Source: Chlamydiales bacterium (GTDB taxonomy: Bacteria > Chlamydiota > Chlamydiia > Chlamydiales > JAAKFR01). Taken from it: a stretch of 32,000 bases of DNA. The position numbers and the translations under genes are program-made. Each line of letters opens with the position of its first letter. Position 1 is the stretch's first letter. Below, piece after piece: positions 24,575 through 32,000 of the stretch. The notes under the pieces are model-generated. The model was not told the DNA's origin. It made no database searches and was given only the letters and a program-made list of their open reading frames with translations. The stretch lies in the NCBI GenBank assembly GCA_041395025.1, contig JAWLBH010000001.1, positions 1,287,053-1,319,052 of the forward strand. Direction: 5' to 3'.

Positions 24575-25354
24575 TTAAATATCTTCTAGATAAGTATTAA
24601 GTCGATTCATCCACCCTTTAACCCACTTTTCTTCTTGTCTTTCGACAGGAGCATGAGAGACCCTTCTTAATAATAGAGTTTTTGCTGTTTTTACAAAATC
24701 CCCAATAGGCTCTGAAGAATGATCTGGAATTAGAAGTAAAACTTGTAAGAGTCCCCATCTATATCCTTCGTAGTTTTCTTCAGGATTGATACCTGATCCT
24801 TTAAAATTTAAGTAGTCTATAAGAACATAGAGTCCTTTTATACTTTTAGAGAGGTTTTTAAAGAGCATGGTCACTTTTCTTTTTTCTTTTTTAGAACAGG
24901 CTTTAATCATTTTTGGTAAACTCAATTTTAAACGATGAAACATAAATCCAATTTGCAAATGTTTATTTGCAATTAAAAACTCTCTTAATTCTTGCATGTC
25001 AGAGGAATAAAAATTTTCATAAAATGCTTCTTTTGAATTCCAAGGGCAAGATTGATGATCGAGTAAAAATTGTGGGAGACCTTGAGGTTTTTTTTGTTTA
25101 ATAAATCCAATGAATTGAGGAAAAGACTCTTCAAATTTTCTCTCCTTATGGTCAGGGTACCAGATAAAATGGCCTATGCCTATTGAGGCAAAATCTTCTC
25201 TATCATTCCAACTGGTAAGACCATTGAGACTTTTTTTACATTCGTTATCCCATATTTTTTCTCCAATTTTTTCTAAATCTTGATTTGTGATTGAAAAGAC
25301 AGGAGATAAATAGCATAAAAATAAAGCAAGTTGAAAAATAAAACATCTTTTCAT
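24575..25354 (-). CDS. Secreted hypothetical protein (speculative lysozyme-like fold)
   Basis: 259 aa. Clear signal peptide MKRCFIFQLALFLCYLSPVFS|ITNQ. Segment IWDNECKKSLNGLTSWNDREDFASIGIGHFIWYP is loosely reminiscent of the catalytic-Glu region of GH46/lysozyme-superfamily enzymes (ENS...DGRGYTGGIIGF). No firm family call. Confidence 0.7.
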   Translation of the reverse strand: MKRCFIFQLALFLCYLSPVFSITNQDLEKIGEKIWDNECKKSLNGLTSWNDREDFASIGIGHFIWYPDHKERKFEESFPQFIGFIKQKKPQGLPQFLLDHQSCPWNSKEAFYENFYSSDMQELREFLIANKHLQIGFMFHRLKLSLPKMIKACSKKEKRKVTMLFKNLSKSIKGLYVLIDYLNFKGSGINPEENYEGYRWGLLQVLLLIPDHSSEPIGDFVKTAKTLLLRRVSHAPVERQEEKWVKGWMNRLNTYLEDI

Positions 25355-25378
25355 AAAAAATCCTAAACATCATTTATT

Positions 25379-26578
25379 ATGATCCGCTCATCATTTTTTC
25401 ACGATACTTTCTATTCACTGTTAGTGATTAAAAAGCTTACGTGTATGCTTTTTTGTTTTCTTTTTGGATATGAAACACTTTGTGCAATTGATATCTATCA
25501 AAAAGACCCTTTTATAGACAATTTAATCAGTAAAATGACGATAGAAGAGAAAGTAGGTCAATTATTGATTGTCCATTTTCAAGGAGAAGAATGTAATGAG
25601 ATCGCAAAAATATTGATAGAAGATCTGCATATTGGTGGAATCATTTATTATGGATGGGCGAATAACCTCTCCAATCCTGAAAAAGTCAGAGAGTTAAGTC
25701 AGAGTTTACAAAAATGTGCATTAGAGACACCCCTAGCATTAGAACTATTTATTGCTATCGACCAAGAAGGGGGTTCTATTTGTAGATTGAAGGAAGGATT
25801 TACAGTCATTCCATCTAGTCGAGCGATTGGTATGAGTGGAGATCCTTTTCTCGCACAAATCTATTCTTCTATTATTGCTAAAGAACTTATGGATGTGGGA
25901 GTCAATATGAATTTTGCTCCTGTTGTTGATGTCAACAATGATGGAGTTTTAAGAGAACGATGTTTTGCAAATGATCCTAAAATAGTGACTGCTTTTGCTA
26001 AAGCAGCAATTAAAGGATATCAAGATAAAAGTGTCATTCCCACGATTAAACATTACCCTGGTTATGGAAATGTTTCCATAGATCCACATGTTGATTTGCC
26101 AACTAATGGCCGTCTTTTAAAAGATTTAGAAAAGATAGATTTGTGGCCATTTTTTCAACTTGCCAGCCAAGTTGATGCAATCATGACTGCCCATATTTTA
26201 GTCCCAGCATTAGATCCTAAACATTGTGCAACACTTTCATCTAAAATTTTATCTTATCTAAGGAATACCATGGGTTTTAAAGGATTAATCATCTCTGATT
26301 CATTGGTGATGAAAGGGATCCAAAAAGGCTCTGAATCTATAGATGAAATTGCAATTAGAGCATTTAACGCAGGATGTGACATCTTACTTTTAGGAGGGAA
26401 ACAGTTGCTTGAAGAAAAGCAAGGATATGAATTGAATCTATCGGATCTTCAAAAAATTCATCGATCTATTGTTTGCGCAGTGACCGCAGGTATCATCAGT
26501 GAATCTAAGTTAAATGAGGCAGTTGCACGTATTTTGCAGATCAAAATCAAATATCTAAAAAGGAAGTCAAAAGGATAG
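25379..26578 (+). CDS. nagZ: Glycoside hydrolase family 3 beta-N-acetylhexosaminidase (NagZ-like), apparently exported
   Basis: 399 aa. IDQEGG, KHYPGYGNVSIDPH (KH-PG-G...D-H dyad), nucleophile region IISDSLVM. Hydrophobic N-terminus KKLTCMLFCFLFGYETLCA. The start is uncertain: 25379 is only 24 bp from the divergent neighbour's start, and 25445 is an alternative. Confidence 0.88.
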   Translation: MIRSSFFHDTFYSLLVIKKLTCMLFCFLFGYETLCAIDIYQKDPFIDNLISKMTIEEKVGQLLIVHFQGEECNEIAKILIEDLHIGGIIYYGWANNLSNPEKVRELSQSLQKCALETPLALELFIAIDQEGGSICRLKEGFTVIPSSRAIGMSGDPFLAQIYSSIIAKELMDVGVNMNFAPVVDVNNDGVLRERCFANDPKIVTAFAKAAIKGYQDKSVIPTIKHYPGYGNVSIDPHVDLPTNGRLLKDLEKIDLWPFFQLASQVDAIMTAHILVPALDPKHCATLSSKILSYLRNTMGFKGLIISDSLVMKGIQKGSESIDEIAIRAFNAGCDILLLGGKQLLEEKQGYELNLSDLQKIHRSIVCAVTAGIISESKLNEAVARILQIKIKYLKRKSKG

Positions 26579-26668
26579 ATCGATTGAAAAGATGATGTGT
26601 ATTCTAAGGAATGATGGTAAGAGTGTTTTTCATGTTCATTGTGATTTCATGATGAATCAACTAGGTCA

Positions 26669-27886
26669 CTAATTTTCTAATGTTTTTACAGTAATAGATT
26701 TAATGCCGAGTAGAGTTGTTTCTTCAGCAATTAATTCAAATTCACCAACAGTGATCGTATCTCCCTCAATAGGTTTATGATCAAGTTGAGAAATCATTAA
26801 TTGTGCTAGTGTTTCTACTTCATGTGAACATATAGAAGTTCCGTACTCTTTATTTAAATCAAGAATTTTTTTATTACCAGGAAATGTGCGATGAATCATT
26901 GGGTCTTTGGTTCTTTTTTTTCTTTCTTCGAGTGGATGGTGGTGACCAAAAATTTCCTCCAAAATTGCGTCAAGAGTTAGCATGCCTATTGCTGCACCAT
27001 TTGGATCAAGAACAATTGCCACTGTTTGTTTATTTTGTCTAAATTGACTAAGAATTGGTAAAAGTTTTGTTGAAGAAGTAATAAACCATGGAGGACGTGC
27101 ATTTTCTCGTATGAAATGATGATCTGATAAACTGACAAAATCTCTTGGAATCGCAATGGCTACAATGTTAGAGCGGCTTTTATGAAATAGGGGAATATAT
27201 TTTTGAGTTAATCCAGGTAGTCGAGAATATAGATCGGAGATTTTTGTATTTAAATGAATCATTTGCACTTGTTTGAGAGGTGTCATGACGTGTGCAGCAG
27301 TTTTATGACGAAGGGAAAAAATATTAGAGACAACAATATTTAACTCACTTTCTTCTTGGTGGCTTTCAAAGACTTTCTGGAGTTCCTCACGACTCAAAAA
27401 AAAGTCAAAATTCTCTTCCTTTTTGCCAAAGAAGAGATGAATCAGGCGGGTAATAAGTCCAATCATCCAGATCAATGGTGCAAAGAGGCGATGTGTCGCG
27501 TAGACAATAGGAATCCCTAGCATAATGACATGTTCAGAAAAACGTCTGGCAGCAAAGATAGGAGCAAGTTCAGCAAAAATCACAACTAAAAAAATTTGGG
27601 TAATAGGTGCAAAGTCAGGATTAAGGCCAATCATTCGATAAAAATCACGCGCACTTTGAGAACCAATTTGTAGAGCAATATTCACTCCTAGCATGATTGT
27701 CCCAAACAAACGCGAGGGTTTCTGAAGAATATACTGAAGCCAAATAGCCCGTTTAATTCCTTGATTAACATAATATTGAAGCCGAACTCGATTAAAGGAT
27801 ACGATAGCCATTTCAAGCATAGAATAAAACCCTTGCACAGCAATGCAAAATAAGGTAACGAATAGCCAAATGAGACCATTATTCAT
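26669..27886 (-). CDS. CNNM/DUF21 + CBS-pair + CorC_HlyC domain membrane protein (hemolysin-like/TlyC family)
   Basis: 405 aa. N-terminal 4-TM DUF21, a central CBS pair, and a C-terminal CorC/HlyC transporter-associated domain (GDTITVGEFELIAEE). Tandem paralogue of the upstream gene. Confidence 0.9.
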   Translation of the reverse strand: MNNGLIWLFVTLFCIAVQGFYSMLEMAIVSFNRVRLQYYVNQGIKRAIWLQYILQKPSRLFGTIMLGVNIALQIGSQSARDFYRMIGLNPDFAPITQIFLVVIFAELAPIFAARRFSEHVIMLGIPIVYATHRLFAPLIWMIGLITRLIHLFFGKKEENFDFFLSREELQKVFESHQEESELNIVVSNIFSLRHKTAAHVMTPLKQVQMIHLNTKISDLYSRLPGLTQKYIPLFHKSRSNIVAIAIPRDFVSLSDHHFIRENARPPWFITSSTKLLPILSQFRQNKQTVAIVLDPNGAAIGMLTLDAILEEIFGHHHPLEERKKRTKDPMIHRTFPGNKKILDLNKEYGTSICSHEVETLAQLMISQLDHKPIEGDTITVGEFELIAEETTLLGIKSITVKTLEN

Positions 27887-29117
27887 TTTTTAACCGCCGG
27901 ACATAAATTCTTCTTACTCTATTAGGATCGGCAGCTAAAACTTGAAATAGAAATCCTTGTGATTGATACTTTGTTCCACTTTTAGGAATATCTCCTAATT
28001 TTTCAGTTAACCATCCCCCTAGTGTAACAGTATTATTTTCACTTGTCAGTTTAACACGAAATAGCTCCTCAAATTCGCTTAATTCGAATTTTCCACTTGT
28101 GATAATCACATTACTGCCTGCTATCGTGTAGCGAGTTTTTTCATCTCTACTATCGGTAATTTCACCTACTACAATTTCATACAAATCTTCTTGAGTGATA
28201 ATTCCAGAAATTGATCCATATTCGTCGACAACAATTCCAATGGTCACGTCATGGTAAAAAAATTGATGGAGGAGTGTTCGAGCTAAAATTGTCTCAGGTA
28301 CATAGTAGGGTTTTGTTAAAAAAGGAATGAGGTTTTTGCCTGTTGACATGTTTTTGCGGTAGAGAAAAAATTTTTTTGCTCCAATAATTCCAACCATATT
28401 TTGTAAATCACCGTCACAAACAGGTACACGAGTGCATTCTTTATCAATAAATAGAGAAATGAGTTTGTTAATCGGATCAGAAATATTATAATAAAGAATT
28501 TCATCACGTGGATGCATCCGTTCTTTGACTGTATATTCAGTAAGAGAGAGATATCCTCCAATTAATTTGGTTTCTTCCAAAGTTAAAATCCCTGTTTTTT
28601 CAGAAGAATGAAGGAGATGGTGGAGTTCTTCTTTTGATAATTCTTTTTCACGTTTTAAGAAAAAGAAAAGGAAATGAGAAATATGCGTTGTGATCATAGT
28701 CATCAGACGTAGAGTGGGACCTAAGATTTTTTCTAAAAAGATGATGATTCCAACCACACGTTGTGCAAGTTTTTTATTATAAGAAAGAGCAAGTGTTTTT
28801 GGAATAATTTCGCCAATCAAAAGAGTGATTAAAAGAGGAATACTGACTTTCAATAACCAACTAGAATAGCTACCAAAGAGGTTAGCTGCCGTATTTTGAA
28901 TTAAGATGTTAGAGCCAATATCACAAAAAAGCAGAGTCACAAGAAGATCGCGAGGGCGAGAGAGGATAGAAGCAATCAATTGTTTTCTCTTATCGGAATC
29001 ATACTTATAGAGTTTTAATTCAGTGGACGAAATAGAGAACAATGCAATCTGAGAAAGCGAAAAAAAACCTGAACTCAATGTAAAAATGAGTAATAGAATG
29101 AATGATGAGAGCATCAT
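27879..29117 (-). CDS. CNNM/DUF21 + CBS-pair + CorC_HlyC domain membrane protein (hemolysin-like/TlyC family)
   Basis: 412 aa with the same architecture (DUF21 TMs; CBS pair with VVDEYGSISGIITQEDL; C-terminal GFLFQVLAADPNRVRRIYV). 8-nt overlap with the downstream paralogue. Confidence 0.9.
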   Translation of the reverse strand: MMLSSFILLLIFTLSSGFFSLSQIALFSISSTELKLYKYDSDKRKQLIASILSRPRDLLVTLLFCDIGSNILIQNTAANLFGSYSSWLLKVSIPLLITLLIGEIIPKTLALSYNKKLAQRVVGIIIFLEKILGPTLRLMTMITTHISHFLFFFLKREKELSKEELHHLLHSSEKTGILTLEETKLIGGYLSLTEYTVKERMHPRDEILYYNISDPINKLISLFIDKECTRVPVCDGDLQNMVGIIGAKKFFLYRKNMSTGKNLIPFLTKPYYVPETILARTLLHQFFYHDVTIGIVVDEYGSISGIITQEDLYEIVVGEITDSRDEKTRYTIAGSNVIITSGKFELSEFEELFRVKLTSENNTVTLGGWLTEKLGDIPKSGTKYQSQGFLFQVLAADPNRVRRIYVRRLKNE

Positions 29118-29425
29118 GGAATTTGAATAAAGTGTACTTTTGTTTGCCCTTCAGGAACTAGACCGATACATTTCATTAATGTGAGTTCAATGAAGCTATC
29201 ATCTTTTTGACTTGTGATTTGAAGTTTTAAGTCTTCTTGCTTAACTAGTAATTTCTCTTTTTTTTCTTCCAAAGATTGGAGTTTTTTCAAGAGTTTTTTT
29301 TCTTCCAAAGCTTTGTGTTGGACAGCCTGATCATAGGTAAAATAACATAAGAAAAAAAAGAGAATCACCCACCATGATTTAAAAACCATCTCGTCAAACA
29401 AACGCGATCTTGGTATCGTCTCCAA
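29114..29425 (-). CDS. FtsB/DivIC-like septum-formation-initiator family protein (bitopic coiled-coil protein)
   Basis: 103 aa. TTG start with a GGGAGG SD 4 nt upstream, overlapping the dcd stop. One TM (WWVILFFFLCYFTY), a coiled coil (LEEKKLLKKLQSLEEKKEKLLVKQEDLKLQI), and a C-terminal DDSFIELTLMKCIGLVPEGQTKVHF that resembles the DivIC/FtsB motif D..yIE..AR..LG.v.pGE.v. ATGA overlap with the next gene. Confidence 0.55.
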   Translation of the reverse strand: METIPRSRLFDEMVFKSWWVILFFFLCYFTYDQAVQHKALEEKKLLKKLQSLEEKKEKLLVKQEDLKLQITSQKDDSFIELTLMKCIGLVPEGQTKVHFIQIP

Positions 29426-29434
29426 TCTACCTCC

Positions 29435-30004
29435 CTAGACTGTTGGAATAGTAATTCCAGTCTGCTTTTGATATTTTCCACCTCTTTCTGCATAGGAAAC
29501 TGTGCAGATGTTTTTCGCTTCAAAAAAGATCACTTGAGCGATTCCTTCATTAGCATATACTTTAGCAGGTAGGGGAGTTGTGTTAGAAATCTCAATAGTG
29601 ACGTGTCCTTCCCATTCAGGTTCAAAAGGAGTGACATTGACAATGATTCCGCAACGGGCATAAGTCGATTTTCCAAGACAAATAGTTAAAATATTTCTTG
29701 GAATTCGAAAATATTCCATGCTGCGTGCAAGAGCAAAAGAATTAGGAGGGATAATGCATGCCTGTGTTTGAATATCAATAAAAGCATCTTCTGTAAAATT
29801 CTTAGGATCTACAATAGAGTTATAAACATTTGTAAAAACTTTAAATTCATCTGAGAGACGAATGTCGTATCCATAGCTAGATTGCCCATAGCTTACGATT
29901 TTTTCACCATGAGGGTCAAATCTTATAAGTTTTTCAACATAAGGTTCGATCATCTTTTTTTCGATTGCCATCTTTCGGATCCATTGATCTTCTTTGACGC
30001 TCAT
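29435..30004 (-). CDS. dcd: dCTP deaminase
   Basis: 189 aa. [51 protein letters not shown] matches the Dcd/dUTPase-fold signature. Confidence 0.93.
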   Translation of the reverse strand: MSVKEDQWIRKMAIEKKMIEPYVEKLIRFDPHGEKIVSYGQSSYGYDIRLSDEFKVFTNVYNSIVDPKNFTEDAFIDIQTQACIIPPNSFALARSMEYFRIPRNILTICLGKSTYARCGIIVNVTPFEPEWEGHVTIEISNTTPLPAKVYANEGIAQVIFFEAKNICTVSYAERGGKYQKQTGITIPTV

Positions 30005-30068
30005 AAGAACTCCATTGTTTGAATAATATATAGCTTTTGAATCAGTTTTTTGCTAGTTTATCTTCTTA

Positions 30069-31073
30069 ATGGAAAAGGAGAAAAATTTTACTAAATCGAC
30101 TTTTGTCGTAGAGGACCATAATTTTGAAGTTCCTTTGCGCCCTCAGTCACTTGAGGAATTTTTAGGACAGGATGAAATTAAAGAACGCCTTGATGTTTTC
30201 ATAGGAGCGGCAAAAAAACGTTTTGAAACACTTGGCCATTGCCTTCTTGCTGGCCCTCCTGGTCTTGGGAAAACAACCCTTGCTAATATTATTGCTAAAA
30301 CGATGGGTGGCTCTTTAATTGTGACCTCAGGACCTACCCTTGAGAAGGCAGCTGATCTCGCTGGGCTTTTAACTAATCTTCAAGAAGGAGATCTTCTATT
30401 TATTGATGAGATTCATCGGATGCCAAGATCTATTGAAGAGTATCTTTATTCTGCGATGGAAGATTATTTACTTGATCTTATGATTGATAGTGGACCAAAC
30501 GCTCGTTCGGTACGGGTAAAGCTCAATAGATTCACTCTTGTAGGAGCTACAACTCGTGCTGGTTTAATCACAGCTCCCATGCGTTCTCGGTTTGCATTTA
30601 CTTGCCGTCTGGATTATTATCCTCCAGGTGTTCTCGAAAAAATTTTAGCTCGTACTGGGAGGTTGCTTAATCTTGAAATTGATCAAGAAGGATTATCTGA
30701 AATTAGCCATCGAGCTCGAGGAACCCCTCGGATTGCAAATAGTCTTCTTCGTTGGGTACGAGATTTTGCTCAAATGCGTGCGGATGGTCATCCAGTGAAT
30801 AAAGAAATTGTGCATAATGCACTTAAATTATTAGCTATTGATGAAAAAGGGCTTGATGAGATAGATACTAGGATTCTTACAGTCTTAATTAATCACTATG
30901 GAGGGGGACCGGTTGGCCTCAATACACTTGCTTTAGCAATCGGAGAGGAAGGAAAAACCGTTGAAGAAGTTTATGAACCTTTTCTTATTTTACAAGGATA
31001 TTTAAAACGAACACCTAGAGGAAGAGTGGCGACTAATCGTGCTTATCTTCATTTAGGGAAAAAGAGGAAATAG
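30069..31073 (+). CDS. ruvB: Holliday junction branch-migration helicase RuvB
   Basis: 334 aa. LRPQSLEEFLGQ, Walker A GPPGLGKTT, Walker B LFIDEIH, sensor region RGTPRIANSLLRWVRD, and a C-terminal winged-helix domain. Confidence 0.97.
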   Translation: MEKEKNFTKSTFVVEDHNFEVPLRPQSLEEFLGQDEIKERLDVFIGAAKKRFETLGHCLLAGPPGLGKTTLANIIAKTMGGSLIVTSGPTLEKAADLAGLLTNLQEGDLLFIDEIHRMPRSIEEYLYSAMEDYLLDLMIDSGPNARSVRVKLNRFTLVGATTRAGLITAPMRSRFAFTCRLDYYPPGVLEKILARTGRLLNLEIDQEGLSEISHRARGTPRIANSLLRWVRDFAQMRADGHPVNKEIVHNALKLLAIDEKGLDEIDTRILTVLINHYGGGPVGLNTLALAIGEEGKTVEEVYEPFLILQGYLKRTPRGRVATNRAYLHLGKKRK

Positions 31074-31075
31074 AT

Positions 31076-31882
31076 ATGCGAACATTAGTGTTTTGTGGAT
31101 TATTGTTGATGATACCTCTCGGTGCTGCTCCCCTTTGTAGTCCGAAAAAGACTGCTAATGCTATGCCCGTTGGTCCAAAAATTAAAGTTCTTCTTCAAAA
31201 AAATGCTGAATCAGCTTTTTTAGAAGTCAAAGGCCCTTATCGCGTGATAAGAAAGGATACTGGCTCTACTTTGAGTTTAGGTAGATCAGAAAAGCATTAT
31301 ATGATTCATGCTTTACAGGATGGATTGCGTTGGGGTGAAGAATACCCAGATGTTTATCAGATTACCATTCTTCCTACTCATCCTCACACTTTATTATATG
31401 TTGATGGGATTCAATACAAAGGAACAGTCTCAGTTTACCATGTGCGTAATCATAAAATTGCTATTGTAAATGAAGTGGCAATTGAAGACTTTTTGAAGTC
31501 AACATTAGCATTTGATGATCAACTTCCTTTCGATAAAGAGGCGATGTGCGCAATTGCCATTACAGCGCGTACTGAAGCTTATAATAGATTATTAAAAAGT
31601 CAGTCTTTGAATCTTCCTTGGTCTATTACAGCTCAAGAAGCTGGTTATTCTGGGGTGATTCAAAAATGCAATCATGGCGTCGAAAAAGCGGTAGATTGGA
31701 CCCGTTATATGGTGTTAGAATCCTCTAGCCAAAAAGATCAGATTCAAAGCCTTGATTTTTCTCGTTCCAAAGCACAAGAGCTTGCTCATGAGGGATATGA
31801 TGCACAAAAAATTCTTCATTTTTTCTTTCCAAAACATAAAATGGCGATCACCCTTAATGAAAATGAAGTGGTATATAGATAA
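31076..31882 (+). CDS. SpoIID/LytB-domain protein (short, divergent)
   Basis: 268 aa with a signal peptide. The core IEDFLKSTLAFDDQLPFDKEAMCAIAITARTEAY aligns without gaps to the SpoIID signature (leeYl.gVv..EMp....eAlkAqAvaARTYa). Confidence 0.8.
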   Translation: MRTLVFCGLLLMIPLGAAPLCSPKKTANAMPVGPKIKVLLQKNAESAFLEVKGPYRVIRKDTGSTLSLGRSEKHYMIHALQDGLRWGEEYPDVYQITILPTHPHTLLYVDGIQYKGTVSVYHVRNHKIAIVNEVAIEDFLKSTLAFDDQLPFDKEAMCAIAITARTEAYNRLLKSQSLNLPWSITAQEAGYSGVIQKCNHGVEKAVDWTRYMVLESSSQKDQIQSLDFSRSKAQELAHEGYDAQKILHFFFPKHKMAITLNENEVVYR

Positions 31883-32000
31883 TTCCATATTTTTTAATCA
31901 GTATATCGATTTGTTTTAGATGAGATAAGTTTTTAGAACAACCGATGAATGGGGGTCAAGAATGATAGTATTTTTACTATGAACCGGGGCTTGGTTTTCT

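Noticed and set aside
2108-28561. ORF-track entries that lie antisense to, or out of frame within, well-supported genes: 2108-2374(-), 2438-2704(-), 3534-3824(-), 9082-9285(+), 10183-10371(+), 11231-11464(+), 13368-13565(-), 14252-14467(+), 14823-15020(-), 16376-16588(-), 16488-16796(+), 18509-18694(-), 18997-19242(-), 21239-21511(+), 22863-23093(-), 22963-23235(-), 23273-23542(-), 27688-27879(-), 28316-28561(-).
   Set aside because: Each is fully embedded in a longer ORF that has clear family motifs. Their translations are low-complexity or K/F/L/I-rich, as expected from reading AT-rich coding DNA in the wrong frame, and none has a recognisable motif or RBS.
1-32000. Scan for tRNA/rRNA/tmRNA/RNase P signatures, CRISPR-like direct repeats, IS/transposase or integrase genes, and toxin-antitoxin or defence-system gene pairs.
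   Set aside because: I recognised none by eye. There are no GTTCGAATC-type T-arms in intergenic DNA, no spaced direct repeats, and no transposase or integrase motifs. The window looks like conserved core chromosome rather than an accessory island.

Overview
AT-rich (mid-30s % GC by eye), about 90% coding. The window reads as core chromosome of a member of the Chlamydiota, probably a non-Chlamydiaceae (environmental) lineage. Support: a plant/chlamydia-type FabI, a MOMP-family porin whose N-terminus resembles Chlamydia MOMP, a futalosine-pathway mqnD-mqnB pair, type III secretion export-gate genes, a PP2C phosphatase, and SpoIID-like and FtsB-like genes. Gene order, from my memory of C. trachomatis D/UW-3 and not checked, mirrors CT267->CT261 (IHF/HU, CT266, accA, msbA, CT263, CT262, dnaQ), CT259->CT256 (PP2C, NifS-like, two CBS proteins) and CT039-CT041 (dcd, ruvB, next gene). 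I call about 39 protein genes, one SRP (4.5S) RNA missed by the ORF track, one clear intrinsic terminator and a few candidate regulatory palindromes. I found no rRNA, tRNA, CRISPR array, IS element or prophage. Most of the window is ordinary housekeeping. Items worth a second look: (1) an isolated fliO-like + R/S/T export-gate operon with flagellar-type sequence signatures and a trailing unannotated 50-aa lipoprotein ORF; (2) an Inc-like protein with a bilobed hydrophobic domain, inserted inside the otherwise conserved msbA-mqnB synteny; (3) a DnaQ-like exonuclease whose Exo I motif lies upstream of any canonical start codon; (4) a 177-nt nested inverted-repeat element upstream of accA; (5) a divergent pair of exported proteins (unknown lysozyme-like candidate + GH3 NagZ); (6) three ORF-track starts that overlap RNA features or omit a catalytic motif and need correcting. 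All homology statements come from motif recognition and memory, not from searches.
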